Of a DNA stretch of 64,000 bases, positions 1 to 13,300 are shown in pieces; position 1 is the first letter of the stretch, and each line of letters begins with the position of its first letter. Location: NCBI RefSeq assembly GCF_000002075.1, contig NW_004797440.1:1150185-1214184 (forward strand), read 5' to 3'. The stretch is from Aplysia californica (lineage: Eukaryota). The notes below the pieces were generated by a model. That model was not told where the DNA came from, did not search any database, and saw only the letters and a program-made list of their open reading frames with translations. A program made the position numbers and the translations under genes.

Positions 1-62
1 ACCGAAAACCCCCCGAGAAAAGACAATAAAATTTCCAGCTCTTCCTCCCACATTTTACATAC

Positions 63-122
63 AAGCCACCCACAAAGCCACCCACAAAGCCACCCACAAA
101 GCCACCCACAAAGCCACCCACA
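63..122. repeat. 12-bp tandem minisatellite (AAAGCCACCCAC)n
   Basis: About 5 tandem copies read directly. Confidence 0.9.
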
Positions 123-123
123 A

Positions 124-345
124 CTGGCGTCTGTGGTATAGCGGTTATGCACTTCGTTATTGCACACAGGCGATCTGAGTTCGATTCCCCACTGGAGAGA
201 ACATTGTTATTGGGTATCGCGGTTCTTCTGCTGGAATTGCTGGGAAGCGTCTCTCCCAGCGCGGGTTGGCCCCGACAGGCAGTGTCAGATGCCTGCCTCC
301 TAAGTGATTTAAATTGGGTCGATAAGGGCGTAACAACACCTACAT
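124..345 (+). mobile_element. tRNA-derived SINE (family G)
   Basis: tRNA-like head with A box (TGGTATAGCGG) and B box (GAGTTCGATTCC). Related heads occur at ~2285-2385(-), ~7715-7940(+), ~16810-17000(-), ~29080-29190(-) and ~57445-57620(+). Confidence 0.65.
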
Positions 346-624
346 TGAGACACTTACAGTAAGCGTGTCGATTAGCAGTTTGACTGGTAAACGTCCCATT
401 CGGTTGTTGGAGAAATCAAGCCGGGTTAAGAACTGGTTTTCCGTGTACATCTCGCAAATGTGGGTCATGCTTTTGAGATCTGCAGGCCAAATAGTGTGAG
501 GAATAGAAAGATAGTAGATAGAAAAGGATGAAAAAAAATGTTAATTGATCCTTACAAATGTATGTTTTACAATAACGTATATACCAGCATAAGCAGGGTA
601 CATGCAATTTTAAAGAATATCTTA

Positions 625-1925
625 CAGGGAGTCTTTAAAACATTAAAAAATGAGAACCCACTTTATGAGCTATAGCTCTTTCATCTTTGCACTGATTTCA
701 ACATAACCCCGAACAAATGAAACTTAACCTGGGGGACTTCAAGTTTGTACATTTGAAGAAAACCGCTAAAAGCGTTTGAGAAATATCGAGTTTTTAAAAT
801 TTGAACGAAAATTGGGTAAAACACAAAACTTCTTAAAAACATTCCCCAAAGGGGCCATGGTCGACCGGTTCTGGTTTCAGGACTAGAACGATAAAATCAA
901 GGCAGTCACTTCCAAAAAATTAGGAAAAGTTTGAGGAAGAGAAGGTGTTTTACTGTTGAGGAGACCTGGTGCCATCCAGTGGGATGGAGTCACACCCTAC
1001 ACACCAAAAGTAGCCCCTGCACAGTTACAAAAAAAGAAAGGTTTGGGGAACGTCGTGTAGTCCGAGAGCTCAGTTAGTTTAGTAAGGGTTTACGGTGCTC
1101 GCAATTGCATAAGCTCAATATGAAAAAGGTAAAAACTTGAGACAGAATAACAATTTCAAAATGAAAATCTGATTAAAATCAAAATAACTGTTTTTACAGT
1201 TTACAGTAAAGGCCAATTCTGTTAAAATGTGCCTAATGGTAAAATCTGTGTCGCATCCAACACAGAACGGTTTTTCGTCTCCCTGAAGGAGGTACTTATG
1301 TGTTCCGTGTGTGTGTCCGATGTATAATTGAGTAAAAATGACTTCGTCTCTTCTGGAGAGGCCAGAAGCCGACAGCAAATGAATGGCGCCGTATTTCCCT
1401 GACTTGACCCCCCTTCAGGCATTGCCTTTGGGGTTCTTTGATAGACATAGTCTACGGAAACAAACCCACAAACAATCAAACAGTTGAAACGCAATGTTGA
1501 TCAGGAGGTCAAAAGAATCGTTCAGCAACATGTCACACGGTTATTCAAAATTTCCAGTGGTACGTTGGAGCTTGTACGGAGAGAAATGGTCAACACTTGG
1601 AGCATACAATTTAAATAACAACCACCTTTCCTGAATATACTTGGAATTATAATTTTGTTAAAATTTGTTCTTCAATGCACAGATAGAAAAATCTAGTGGC
1701 TATTTGAAAAAAAGGTCAACACTGTTGATTTTTAACAAGTCACAACGTTTTGCATTTCACCCAATTTTGGTTGATTTTTTAAAAAATTAATAATTTTCGA
1801 ACACGTGAATTGATTTTCTTTATATATAAAAAATGTGATATTCCCCAGGTTAAATTTTTAGCGTTCAAATTTGGTTAAAATTGGTAAAATAATGAACATA
1901 TAGGTCCTCTTTTTTTAGACATCCG
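625..1925. mobile_element. Degenerate Tc1/mariner-like non-autonomous element with long inverted arms, interrupted by a LINE 3' fragment
   Basis: ~660-840 is an imperfect reverse complement of ~1745-1905. The ends are TA-flanked (TA|CAGGGAGTC ... GACATCCG|TA). Confidence 0.45.
1071..1450 (-). mobile_element. 3' fragment of an I-group (Nimb/I-like) LINE: ORF2 C-terminal zinc knuckle plus 3' tail
   Basis: SRRDEVIFTQLYIGHTHGTHKYLLQGDEKPFCVGCDTDFTIRHIL resembles the 'RLRIGHT..TH..L....P.C..C....T..HIL' terminus of I-group LINEs. It ends in a ...TTATGCAATTGCGAGCACCGTAAAC tail plus (ACTAA)-like repeats. Confidence 0.75.
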
Positions 1926-1934
1926 TATATATGT

Positions 1935-2266
1935 AATAAACTGCTTTTGTATAGTGCATACCCCGCTCGACAGACAGCTTTATGCACTTAACACTGTTAG
2001 TATTACTCCAAAAGACCCCAGAACACATAGAAACATTTCGGCTTCACGGGAAACATGCAGTGTCAAAAGCACAGCTGATTAAGCGCTCAACTACTAGAGT
2101 CTAAGTAACTAACAAAATATTTCGCTGTTTATCAATTCCCACCTAGTGAAGTGAGGAAAACTCGAGTAAAGTGCCTTTTCCAAGGACACAAAATCGGTGC
2201 CCTAACGAGATTCGAATTCCTGATCTTACAGTTGGGAGTTCGAGAGCCTAACTACTAGGCCACCGA
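1935..2266 (-). mobile_element. tRNA-derived CORE-like SINE (family A)
   Basis: Reverse complement of the copy at 35245-35595: TCGGTGGCCTAGT head and GTGTCCTTGGAAAAGGCACTTTAC core. Confidence 0.75.
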
Positions 2267-2882
2267 CGTAAACGTAATCTTGCAAAACCGAAATACTCGA
2301 TAAAAATTCACCCTCACGGGGAATCGAACTCGAGTCTCCTGCGTGGGATGGCGAAGCGGTTATCCTCTACACCGCAGACGCCAGTGAAATTGCACCGACG
2401 CTTTTATCTTTACAATACTGCGACATATATACCCACCCGTGATATGAAACGGTTTAGACAGCCCTCTCAAAGCAGTACAGTTACAAGGGACGTGATCTTC
2501 AATGTAACACACATTGTTATCTTTAATACACCCTAGCAAAACTGGTGGAAAGTCATGACTGCACAAGCAACTAATTTGTCCTTAAATGTTTCTTGTTTCA
2601 CTGACGAACGTTCTGTACCTAATGATAAGGGATAAACATGATAACACTGTCATAATCATCGCCATAATCCTCCTCCACCTCCTCCTCCTCCTCATCATCA
2701 TCATCATGATTGTCTTCTTCATTTTCCCTTCCTCCTTCTCCCCCTCCTTCCCCTACCCCTATTAGGGGAGAGCCTTGGGAACTAAAAGTCTAATTCAAGA
2801 AAACTCTCTTGACAATTCGAAATCAAAACCATCTGCCCCAAAGCCAGTGTATACCGACTAAGCTAAAAAAAAGATAAATTAG

Positions 2883-3050
2883 TGGGTGGTTGGCCAGTGG
2901 TTTGGTTTGCTCCTTCTTCCCTATTACACTTCTATCCTCCTTACCCCTAATCCTTTTTTGTGTTTGTTGCTCTCTAGTAATACCTCTAATCTTGGGCATT
3001 TATATTACTTAAATTGTGTTGCAAGTGCCGTAAAACTGGTTTTAAAAAAA
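2883..3050 (+). mobile_element. Short retroposon/SINE (family C), at least 8 copies in the window
   Basis: GTGGGTGGTTGG...TGGTTTGCTCCTTC...GCAAGTGCCGTAAAAC. Other copies at ~24322-24630(+), 30520-30575(-), 34965-35128(-), 36655-36810(-), 37530-37700(-), 40295-40530(-) and 62274-62450(+). Confidence 0.75.
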
Positions 3051-3113
3051 GACACACAAAAAAAGAAACAAATCGACAAATAGACGAACACATGGACACC
3101 TGTAACAACTCAC

Positions 3114-5214
3114 CAATGTCGTCCTCACTGATTTCCAACTCCGTGACCATGCAATTATTGCACAGAGCACCACAGAGCGCCATGATTCCACGGGCTCCCA
3201 GCTGCTGGCTGTTCAGAATCATTGCTGTCGTGGTGAGGCTCCGAACTTCAGGAGGGAGATAAATTTGTGGGCAAAGATACATGAGACTGTGGTATCTATC
3301 TATCTATCGATCAGCTCATGTCTAACTGCTGTCATTTAAACTTTACTCCAAAGCTTCAAACTTTGTCAACTACAACCGTTTCGTAGGCAGCAAGGCCATT
3401 TGCTCTACCCTACTTTTTTCTACATCTTTAGGGAGCGCCTCTTGGTGGACGATGCTTTAGCAGGTCACCAGTTCACCGTCAGTACATACAGTCATACAGT
3501 ATTATTATATACATGTATAAATGGAAGACCAATCAGCAGTCTAAGATTCGCAGACGGCATAGATGGAATGACTTGGGAAGAAAATGAACCAGTTGATTCG
3601 ATTTCAAGACTCGACAAAACTTCACGCTCACATGGTGATATATCTTCCAAATGTTAAAACTTTTATCTTTTCGTCTTTCTTGTAATATTCTAAAAAGTGC
3701 ATGTCATTAGTGCTGAGAAAGCAAAGATATGGCCAGCAAGAACTCAAAATAATTTAGCCAAACAATACATCTAAAAGATACCATCATTGAAACCGTTGTA
3801 AAATGTAAATGCGAGGATGCAATCATCACAAACGAAGGTTCAAGAACAGAAGTCATCCACAGAGTAGGGCAAACACACACTTCCTCTACTTAAAAATAAG
3901 GCATGAAAATCTCCATTAAGCAATACATCCCAAATCAGAAATAAAACAGACCATGAATAGTCCATAACGCGAGACAGAAAGACAGTCAGCGTAAACGTCA
4001 CTCTTAAAAAACGCCCAGCAACAGCAACAAAACGAAAAAACCAAATACTTGGACGTAGCATGGATGAAACAATCGTACGAAAGGAAACGCCCAATAAGTA
4101 AAATGTAAAAATAAAGCAATCAAACTTCTGGAGAAGCTATTAAACCTATGAAAGCGTTGGGGATAATCTTTTCCGCCTTGCAACATATCTTGTACTCCTC
4201 CTGTGTATTGTCGAGTTCCTCCTGGTTTGGTTTCGTGAGGTGTTCAAAGTTAAAGTTTGCAAGATCGTAAGTCTCGCTTTTCTCAAAGCTATCATCGTCG
4301 TAGTCAAAAGACGTCTCTGACGATTGGTTTTCTCCTTCAGCTTCCTCTCCGTCCTCATCGTCTACCACAGAACACACGCCATCCTCTGTATTCACCTCTT
4401 CTTTTGTCTCGCCGTCTGTAGTAATTTCTTTTGGGGTACTTTTAATTTTCAAATTCTCTTTGGGTTCGATGTTCGAATCGTCTGCCGTTGAATCCAGCGG
4501 TTCTGCAGGTTTCGTTTCAGCTTTTGAATCAGTTTTCAGTTCAGTCTGTGATTCTTCTCTCGGGTTGTTTTTGTTGGAGTCTGTAACTGATTTTGTGTTT
4601 GGATCGATATCCAGCTTTTCCCTACAGACTGTGAAGGAAAATGATAATAGATATCACTTCTGTTGCACTCTGGGTGGTTCACAATAAATTATGATCCCAC
4701 GCTCATGAGATAAATACAGAAGTCATTTTGGCCATTTTGAGAAAATGGGTGGGGGGGGGGGGGGGAGGGGGGGGGACTGTTTCTTTCAAACAATTGACTC
4801 TGGGAGTCGATTGAATTTTGGTACACTCAATTGATTTTTTGTTTCGATTATTCTTTTGTCCAAATGAACTATATTACCAAGCTGGCCATGCTCTTCATTT
4901 CAGAACCAAAAACTTCAAACCGGCCAAAAATGACCAAGGCAATTATCTCATGAGCGTAACGAGATTAACATCAACGTTTCATACCTACTGGCCCATTTAA
5001 CGTCGTGTTACAATAGTGCTTATCATTCGGTTACACTTCAGTCAATAAGACTTTGCTTGAAATGAAGCTTCACCTTGCAATTAATAATAACGTTTGAGAA
5101 AGAAAATACATTGTATAACAAAATAAATAACTCCTACAACGAACCTGTACTTTTGAGTCTGGCTAATCAAAGACAAACTTCCAGATGTCTTTAACTTTAA
5201 ACGGTAGAAAAAAA

Positions 5215-5288
<74 letters not shown>

Positions 5289-6549
5289 AAACTCTCTCNN
5301 NNNNNNNNNNNNNNNNNNNNNNNNNNNNNNNNNNNNNNNNNNNNNNNNNNNNNNNNNNNNNNNNNNNNNNNNNNNNNNNNNNNNNNNNNNNNNNNNNNNN
5401 NNNNNNNNNNNNNNNNNNNNNNNNNNNNNNNNNNNNNNGAAGTTATTTGGAAAACCTGAACAGATGGGTGATGGGGAAACATTACGAAAATATGGAATTT
5501 TTTTAGGGCATCCGAACGGAAAACTATGGTCGCCGTTGTCTGTTTCAGATTTGGCACTTTATGAAGTTACATGGACTTTGGAAGCGGTGATGGCGAGAAG
5601 GGGGGAGATGGGGGGGATATAAAAATGCAAAATGAACACGCACTATTGTGTTATCTTACTTTCCTCCGAACTGCATATAGATCTAGGATCGATATTCATT
5701 GTATGGAGAGAATTGTTCTGTGTTCTCTCTGTTGTGCAGTTGTTGTTGTCAGCTTCATGAGTGGACAGTTCATCCCTAAGGTTGCCTTGGCTACCGCCAC
5801 GCCCATCAGGAGGGTCAGTTTCCGCTTTGACTTTATAAATTGTTCTTTTCATTTCTTTCTGATCCCCTCTGCCTTCAGAACGCTTTTGGAACATGGGTTT
5901 ACTGGAATTACTCGGTACAGATACCTTTACTGAATTCGTTGCTGCATTGATGATATTTTTTACCTTCCTAAATGAAGGATTCTTTTTAACCAGTTTGTTT
6001 TTAGCCTGATGCGACTTGTTTTTGTGAACATGAAAAGATTTTACCGCACTTTCTTTTTCACCACTGCCTGCTTGCCAGAAAAAGCCTTTGTTCTTAGAAC
6101 TGAAATCTTTCACCCTGTTCGAAGGGCGCACTAAAAACAATTTTTCCTCTTGTGACGACTTCAACGAGGAGGGACACTGCTGGGTTTTGATGTCCGCTGA
6201 CGTCTTAAACTGGGAGTGACTTTTCCTTTCTGAAACAGGAGCGAAACACCGTTGACAAGATAGCCCAATATCAATTGGTAAGGATCACAATCGACAATTG
6301 GATAGTATGGTGAACATCTCTTTAATCTTACTGAAACTATTTGTCCGTTTATCTGTCATTCTGTCTGCCTGTTTCTGTCTGCAAGTGTATCTGTGTCTCC
6401 TCTCTCTCTTTAGCATTTCTTGCTATACGTAAAAGTGAGAAGAGAAAGGCTTTAACGGCACTTGAAACACAAATATGATCATATTATTTTGTTTGTGCAT
6501 GTTTGTATTCGTTTTATTTAGTGCAATAATGGATGATAGAGTGAATGTT

Positions 6550-6591
<42 letters not shown>

Positions 6592-7298
6592 TTGTGTGTG
6601 TGTGCGCGCGCGCGCGCGCGTGTGTGTGCGCGTGCGTGTGTTTATGGGTGTTTGAGCAGCACATCGACCCCATACTGGTCTAAGCGCAGAATGAAGCTAG
6701 GTAATCTGAATCTGATATAACAGAAGGAAAGAAAAAAAGTAGGACGTATCGGTGATGCCATTGTACCACAAGTGGGTCTGATTTTTCCCCCTTTTTTTCT
6801 TTCTTTCTTTTTTTGTTTTGTTTTTGGTAAGTGTCTTACGGCGCTCGCAACTGCATACGGTCATATGAGCGAGTGGGACACATTAAACATTTTCAGTTGG
6901 TAGGAAGGGCGACCTCCGAAGCCTACTCTTGTCAATTTTAGGACCACCAAAGGATCTTCAACATGTGCCACTTGCACACGGGACCTCCGAGATTTTTCGC
7001 TCTTGTCCGAGAAGACTAGGCGTAGATCTTTCCTACCAGAAGATCAAGGGTGTGGCTGAAAGACAGCAGTAAGAAGGGGGCAAGGAGAAGCAGTAGAAAG
7101 CCTGCAGAAAGAGTCAGGAGCCCAGAGGAGGGGGCAAAGGGGGTGAAGGGGTGGGGTAGAAACTGGAGACGGAAGCAGACGACAGAACATTGCTAGAGAG
7201 CTGGAAAGGAGGTGACAGAGAGACAATTTTAGAGAAGAAAATCCGGAACCTTTGAATGAGAGTCGAACACCTTAACCTTAAGGCCACGGGAGCCCCCC

Positions 7299-7386
<88 letters not shown>

Positions 7387-10300
7387 TGTGCGCAATATGC
7401 AATTTCTTTTATTTGGGAGGGGAAAAGGAGAGGTTGGGGGGTGGGGTTGAGTGCTGTTGCAAACTATCACACAAGTACAGACGATGAAGCACTAAACAGG
7501 ACACCCTTTCAACTTACTGTTAGAAGCTGTTGCAGTCTGGCCACTGTATACACGATTTGATTTTGATGTTGACATGTTGAGCTGAAAAACAGACCCAAAG
7601 AAGGAAACGTATGTCGCAGAAATGCCCGATAAATAATCCTGAATTTTTAGGACTAGAAATATTACCACAAATTTATACATTTTATTGCCGGCGTATCGCC
7701 CGATCGGCCGATCCCATCTGTAGTGGGCACTTCTATAACGGTCAGGCGATTCGCTGTCGTATGCAGGAAACCTAGTTCGATTCCTGAGCGCGGAGAACAT
7801 TTTTATCGAGTCTCACGGTCTTTATACTTTATGGTGGGGGATGTTGTATCCCTCTCAGCCTGGGTTTTTCCTGACAGGCAGCATCGGAAGCCAGCCTCCT
7901 CAATGATCTAAATTATGTTGATGGGGACGTAAAAGCACCTAGAATATACATTAAAAATTTTTAAAATACATTTTCTAAATTAAGACTAAATACACCATTT
8001 TCGCCTTTTCATCAATTAGATATTATCTTTGAAGTATCAGAGAGACAAAATGATATAGTTAGTTTGAGATTGTTTGAAAGGCAGGATAATATATTTTCTT
8101 CTATTGTGCATTGCGAAATTCATGAGAAGCAATTAAGCCAAAGCAGCTATTTATTTTTGCTGTCAGGGGAAATGGAAAAAATTTATACTGCACCATACCG
8201 GCTTCAGATTACAGCTAGCAGCGTGATGTTGATGGAACCGGAGGCGAAATGTTTTTGAGCAATTGGCCTTTGTCGAATCCGCTTTCATTTGTGCAAAGAT
8301 TAGGCTATCCCCATTGTCACAGACAGTGGTGTGCAAACTGATGCGCAAAAAAAAAAAGAAAAGAAAAGAAGATTGAAGAAGGTTTCTCTGTCTGTTTTAT
8401 TTTTTAAACGGTCTCTCTCAGCCCCTGCCGTTGGACTATTTTTGTATGAGAAAGTGTCGGATGAAGTGTGAATACAATAAGATTTTATTAATGAGTCGTA
8501 TGTTTTGGCGAGTATGACTCAAATAAATGAAACCAATAGCATCGAGGGTGTTTCACTTTACACACGCAGGACAGAATTAGTTCTCCCAATGTGTTATGCC
8601 ATAGAGTTATCAGAGACTTGACTAGAAACATAACATAATTATCATCACCCCCCCCCCCAAGACTTATTATGGTTTTACTCTCAACGAGTCAAAGGAGTTG
8701 CGCATTAAATATAGACGGATAATCCCCCTACTTTCATTGCAAAGAGTGCTTTCACTGCTTGAGAAAAACGAAACACCGGAACTTCCTCTGCGTGGTATTG
8801 TGGTGTTTTGAAACTTTAACCCTCACGTAATTTACACGCACGTTAGGTTGATGCGCTTTCATAATAAAATGTCTAACGTAATCACGCTTGGGGGAATTAT
8901 TACAATTGCAATAACACTGGAATGTCCTAGACATCCCGAGTCCTAAAGCGCTTTTCTAATGCCACAACCCATGGGTACAAAATCAAGAGAGATGCTCCGT
9001 TTGTTTTAGGTTCATCCAAAAGGTAAAAAAAAAAAGTATGGAAAGCTCGAAAGTGAAGAGGCTGAGTAGAAACCCACGTACACACTGGAATCGGATGTTG
9101 TCACTGAATATTGAAAGCATGTTTGAAAACGCAAAACATATTCACGAGACCGGCATCGCCCTTGACAAGACAGCAACGAAGAGGATTGAAAATGAGAAGC
9201 AAGTTTCGGGGTTCTCTAAAGAAGCAGCAGGTGCTTCTTTTAGCGAACTCACGAACACTGCAGAGAAAAATTTGGATATTTCAGAAAAAGGTCCCAAAAT
9301 TGAATGCATTTCAAAAGAATTACAAAATCCACATTGCAAAGGTAGATCTTTAATAAGAAATCATAATAAACGGTCCCTCAGCGAAGAAAGAATTAAGATG
9401 TCTTTGAGTATGTCTGAGCACAAATCCAGATCTCCACGACGGTCTAAAAGCGATAACGAATTCCAGACAAAGGGCCAAAAAACTAATTTCAGAAGACGCA
9501 GGCGAAGGAAGAGACGAGAGAAACTCAAATGGATAAATTCGGCACAGCATTGCTTTCAACCCTACCCCATTCCTGCTGCTACTAAGGGAATACATTGTTT
9601 AGAAATTTGTGACCCCCCTCAACTAATGCAGACTTCATCTCCTATAGACACGAATTTCAAACAATCGAGTAAGGTAATTGAAAACAATGCAAGCATTCCC
9701 GAAGATAACACCTGTTTCCTTGGACAGGGAGACACAAAATCAAATAAATCGGATAAAAAGAATGAGCTTCATGGTCGTCATGGTTTGGAAAAGAAGACCT
9801 TGTCTAAAAACCCCTCTGTTTTATGGAAACGGCTAGTTGAAGAAAACATTGCTGGTTTGGGCATATTGAAGAGAAGTAATTTCTCCAGAGCTGTAACACC
9901 AACGAGAAACACATCTTATTCTTATCACGAATCTCGCCCCTGTGGTTCTACACACGCCAGGGAATCCGCTTCGGCGCAGATAATGTCTTATCAAAAAATG
10001 AATCTCTCGGATGAGCCATGGGGGATACAAACTCTCTTAGACAATATGGAAGCTTGCAAACCTGACTATTGCATTACAGCTAATCTGCCAACGTCTGACC
10101 ATATCCAGTGCTACAGTGAAGTAGGTAGCACCCATGTGAATAGCGTACTGGCCCATAACCCTGGGATAGGGTCTCTGCAATGGGAGGCAGAGGAGACGGC
10201 CCCCAAGGTACAAACAGATATGCCTTTACTCACCCAGAAAAGGTCATCAGTTGAATATGCTACTGCCTCCAAGGCTTTGTCCCCAGTACCAGAAATTCCT

Positions 10301-13300
10301 CAAGAGGATCTCGATACTGGGAAAACAATGTCTGCACTATCTTCCTCTGGTGAAAACTGTACAGAGATGACGGGAGGGTGCCTTCAATGTACGCCTGGGG
10401 GGCTTTACAGTTCATCAAATGTTGAAACTTTGATACGCAGTTACAGGGAAGAAAGACAAGCAGATGGGATTAATAGTGGGGTCGCCGTCTTTTGGGGAGA
10501 AGATGGGCAAAATCCTAAAGTTGACAAGGATACCTTTGAGGAACAACACTTTAAAGATACTGTTGAGAGTAGCTCTGCCACTCTTGGCGGAAGTTTAGAA
10601 CTTTCCAGTCCGGCCACTGTCAACCCTGGTGAAAAGACAGGAAAAGGTGTGCTGACAAGTGTAAATGAAACTGTAGAGCAAGGAGACAGGAGCGCTCAGT
10701 CAGCAGGTTCGATGGTTTTTCGGACTTCAAGCGTTAACTTTTCCAATTGCAAGTTATCTCCGAGGGCAGACAGTGCTGGTCCTTTGTGTTGCGGGGACGC
10801 ATCTGTTATGCCACATGGTATAGGGTGCAGCATCGAAAAAGTTGGATGTATTACCAGAACCAATTTTGAAAATAATAACTCTGACAATAAAACAGGAGAC
10901 ACCTTTCAGGATATATATTTTGTCGAAGAAACACGGTATACACGTAAATCTTCTCTTCTTTGTAACACTCTCCACCGTGAAAATGATGCTACAGAAGTCG
11001 ATGGTGAGCTTTTGAAAGATAGAGTTTGTTCTGAAAGTCTTTCCCCCCAGGCTGGACACCAAAGTTCACCTTGGCAAAAACTGCATAATCGCAAGGATAG
11101 TAATGGCGATACAGTCTGGAGCAAGATATTGGATGCGAATATTTTGGACGCAGCCGAAGGTAAAGCATTCTCTCTAAAGACAGGCGAAGTGTATTCATCT
11201 GTTGCAAGCGTCCCAAGCGCATTGAAAGCACAACATTCTATAACAGGCGTCACACAGCTGAATGTATCTAATGTATCCGTCATGTCGGGAAAGGAACAGT
11301 GTTCAAAAGAGTTTGGTGAAATAAATTGCAGCAATATCCCTGTCATGCTGGTAACACAAGAGTCTACTACCATCAAAGTTAAACGTAATACTGGTAAAAG
11401 TACAAACATTTCAAAAGACCAAACAAGACAAAGGCCGAGCAGTTTAGATAAACCAGGAAAATGTTTATCTTCTGTCGTCAAAACTGTTTTTGACCGACAC
11501 CAAGAGCCAGAAATGCCACCTGGGCCCCAAGAACAATGTTTGGACAGTATGCCGACATTTGGTTCTAGTTCACGGATAAACGAAGACAAAATAACCCAGA
11601 AAAGTGAATTCCATGTTAAGACAGAGCATTCTAAGTCTGAGAACTTTAGTCAACCCTCAAACGTCCTTCAGAGGTCGAAATCTCGATGGCAAAAATGTGC
11701 AGCTATTAAATCTCTGCTTATTTCTGGAAAAGGAGTAAAGCACACTGAGCCAGAGAGTCGATTTTTCTTTGACATTGAAAGAGGAACCGTTATAGAGTTA
11801 GACGATCCACTCTTGAGCCAAGATCCGAGTCCTACGGACATGGAATTTGATGCAGAGCGCTGTTTACAGACTGACATCTATGGGCCAGCTATCCATAAGA
11901 AACAATGTGTTCTAAATAGGAGACAAAAACGCAATGATTCTAGCAGTCAGAAACTTAACAATGACGAAATGGCTTCAAGACACACTGATGCCCACATGAT
12001 AACGACTCCGAGATTTAAAGAAAACAATGTAAAGTACAAAGGACAAAAGTGCACAGAATTATCTGCTCAGTGTGGTCAGAAATATTCTCCGATTGTCATA
12101 AACAGCGATGAAGCAGATAATAACGGAGTTCTTCAAGTCTGTGAGTGTATTGATGATGCTAATACTGAAAATGGATCTTGCACACAAAATAACGGAGAAA
12201 ACGACCTGGCAAACGTGCAACTGCCAGATATGCACGTAAAAGAAAAGAGTGCAAGCAGCGTTTCAGTTTGTCAAGAAGGAGAATTTGAAAGGAATATCCT
12301 TCAACGGATGATAGCTTCCAACCTTCCAACCTCCGACAACCTGGTTCGTGTCCCAATTCCTGAGACAGTGTCAGGCACGCAGATCTCTGACGTCACTTAC
12401 CACGATACTCCTAGCGTGCTCAGGGAGAGAACAAAACTGGACACATGCACAGCCCAACAGGAAGCCAATCTAAGTTTGTTTTTCAGCTCCTGTTTTGGGT
12501 CAGAGGAGGAAGAAGGGAGTGGATCGGCCGAAGGCTCTTCCTTCCCAGCCACATGCAATACAAAAAAGGTATTCTGTCACACAAAGAGGATCTCCAGCCC
12601 TGTTGGCTCGAAACAAAAAGCAGCCTCCTGTCTGTCTAGCGGGGCAACATCTCCAGCGCTAAACATTCAGCTGACTGACGGCCGGGCTAAAGGGGGACAC
12701 GGGAAGCTCAGAACAATAGCTCAGAGGGAACGAAGCTGTCGTCAATGTAACCAAAAGACGGAATGGGAAACAGAGACGCCCACGGCTTCCGTTGATTTAT
12801 CTCAGTCGTCACTTGAGTGTCTGCTTGAAATGCTCTTACAAAGAGGTTGGTATGTGTAGGCCTTAATAAAGAAGAATATAGCAGCAGGCACTGTTCTAAA
12901 AATGGTGAAATAGTAAAGGCTTAACACCCCTATCAACACTACTAGGTCATTTAAGAGGCGTGAACTCCGAGTTTAACGTCCTTCTCTGAAAGGAACGAGC
13001 CAAATGGGAAATTCGTGTAAAGTGCCTTTCCCAAGGACACAATGTTGGACTGAGCTGAGGCTCAAACCCCCGAACCCGCATTCTCACAAATACCGGTCCG
13101 GTAGCTTAACCGCTAGGCCACCAACGCCACTAGGCGCTGTTCTGTTACAGTGTATATATTGTTATGTTGTATCAGTTTATATTGTGTGTCCAGTGAGAAT
13201 AATGCTTGTTGCTGATCAGACTAACAAAATCGTCAATTTCTGCGTATGAAGAAGGCTTTTCAGAATGATGCGCGGATTCTGGGTCACCCTGTGCAACAAA

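Noticed and set aside
7256-7560. CVCV/THTH ORFs here and elsewhere, and X-containing ORFs
   Set aside because: Translations of (CA)n microsatellites or N-gaps.
10906-11589. 227-aa antisense ORF
   Set aside because: Shadow frame of the 3.8-kb plus-strand exon, with no recognisable motifs.
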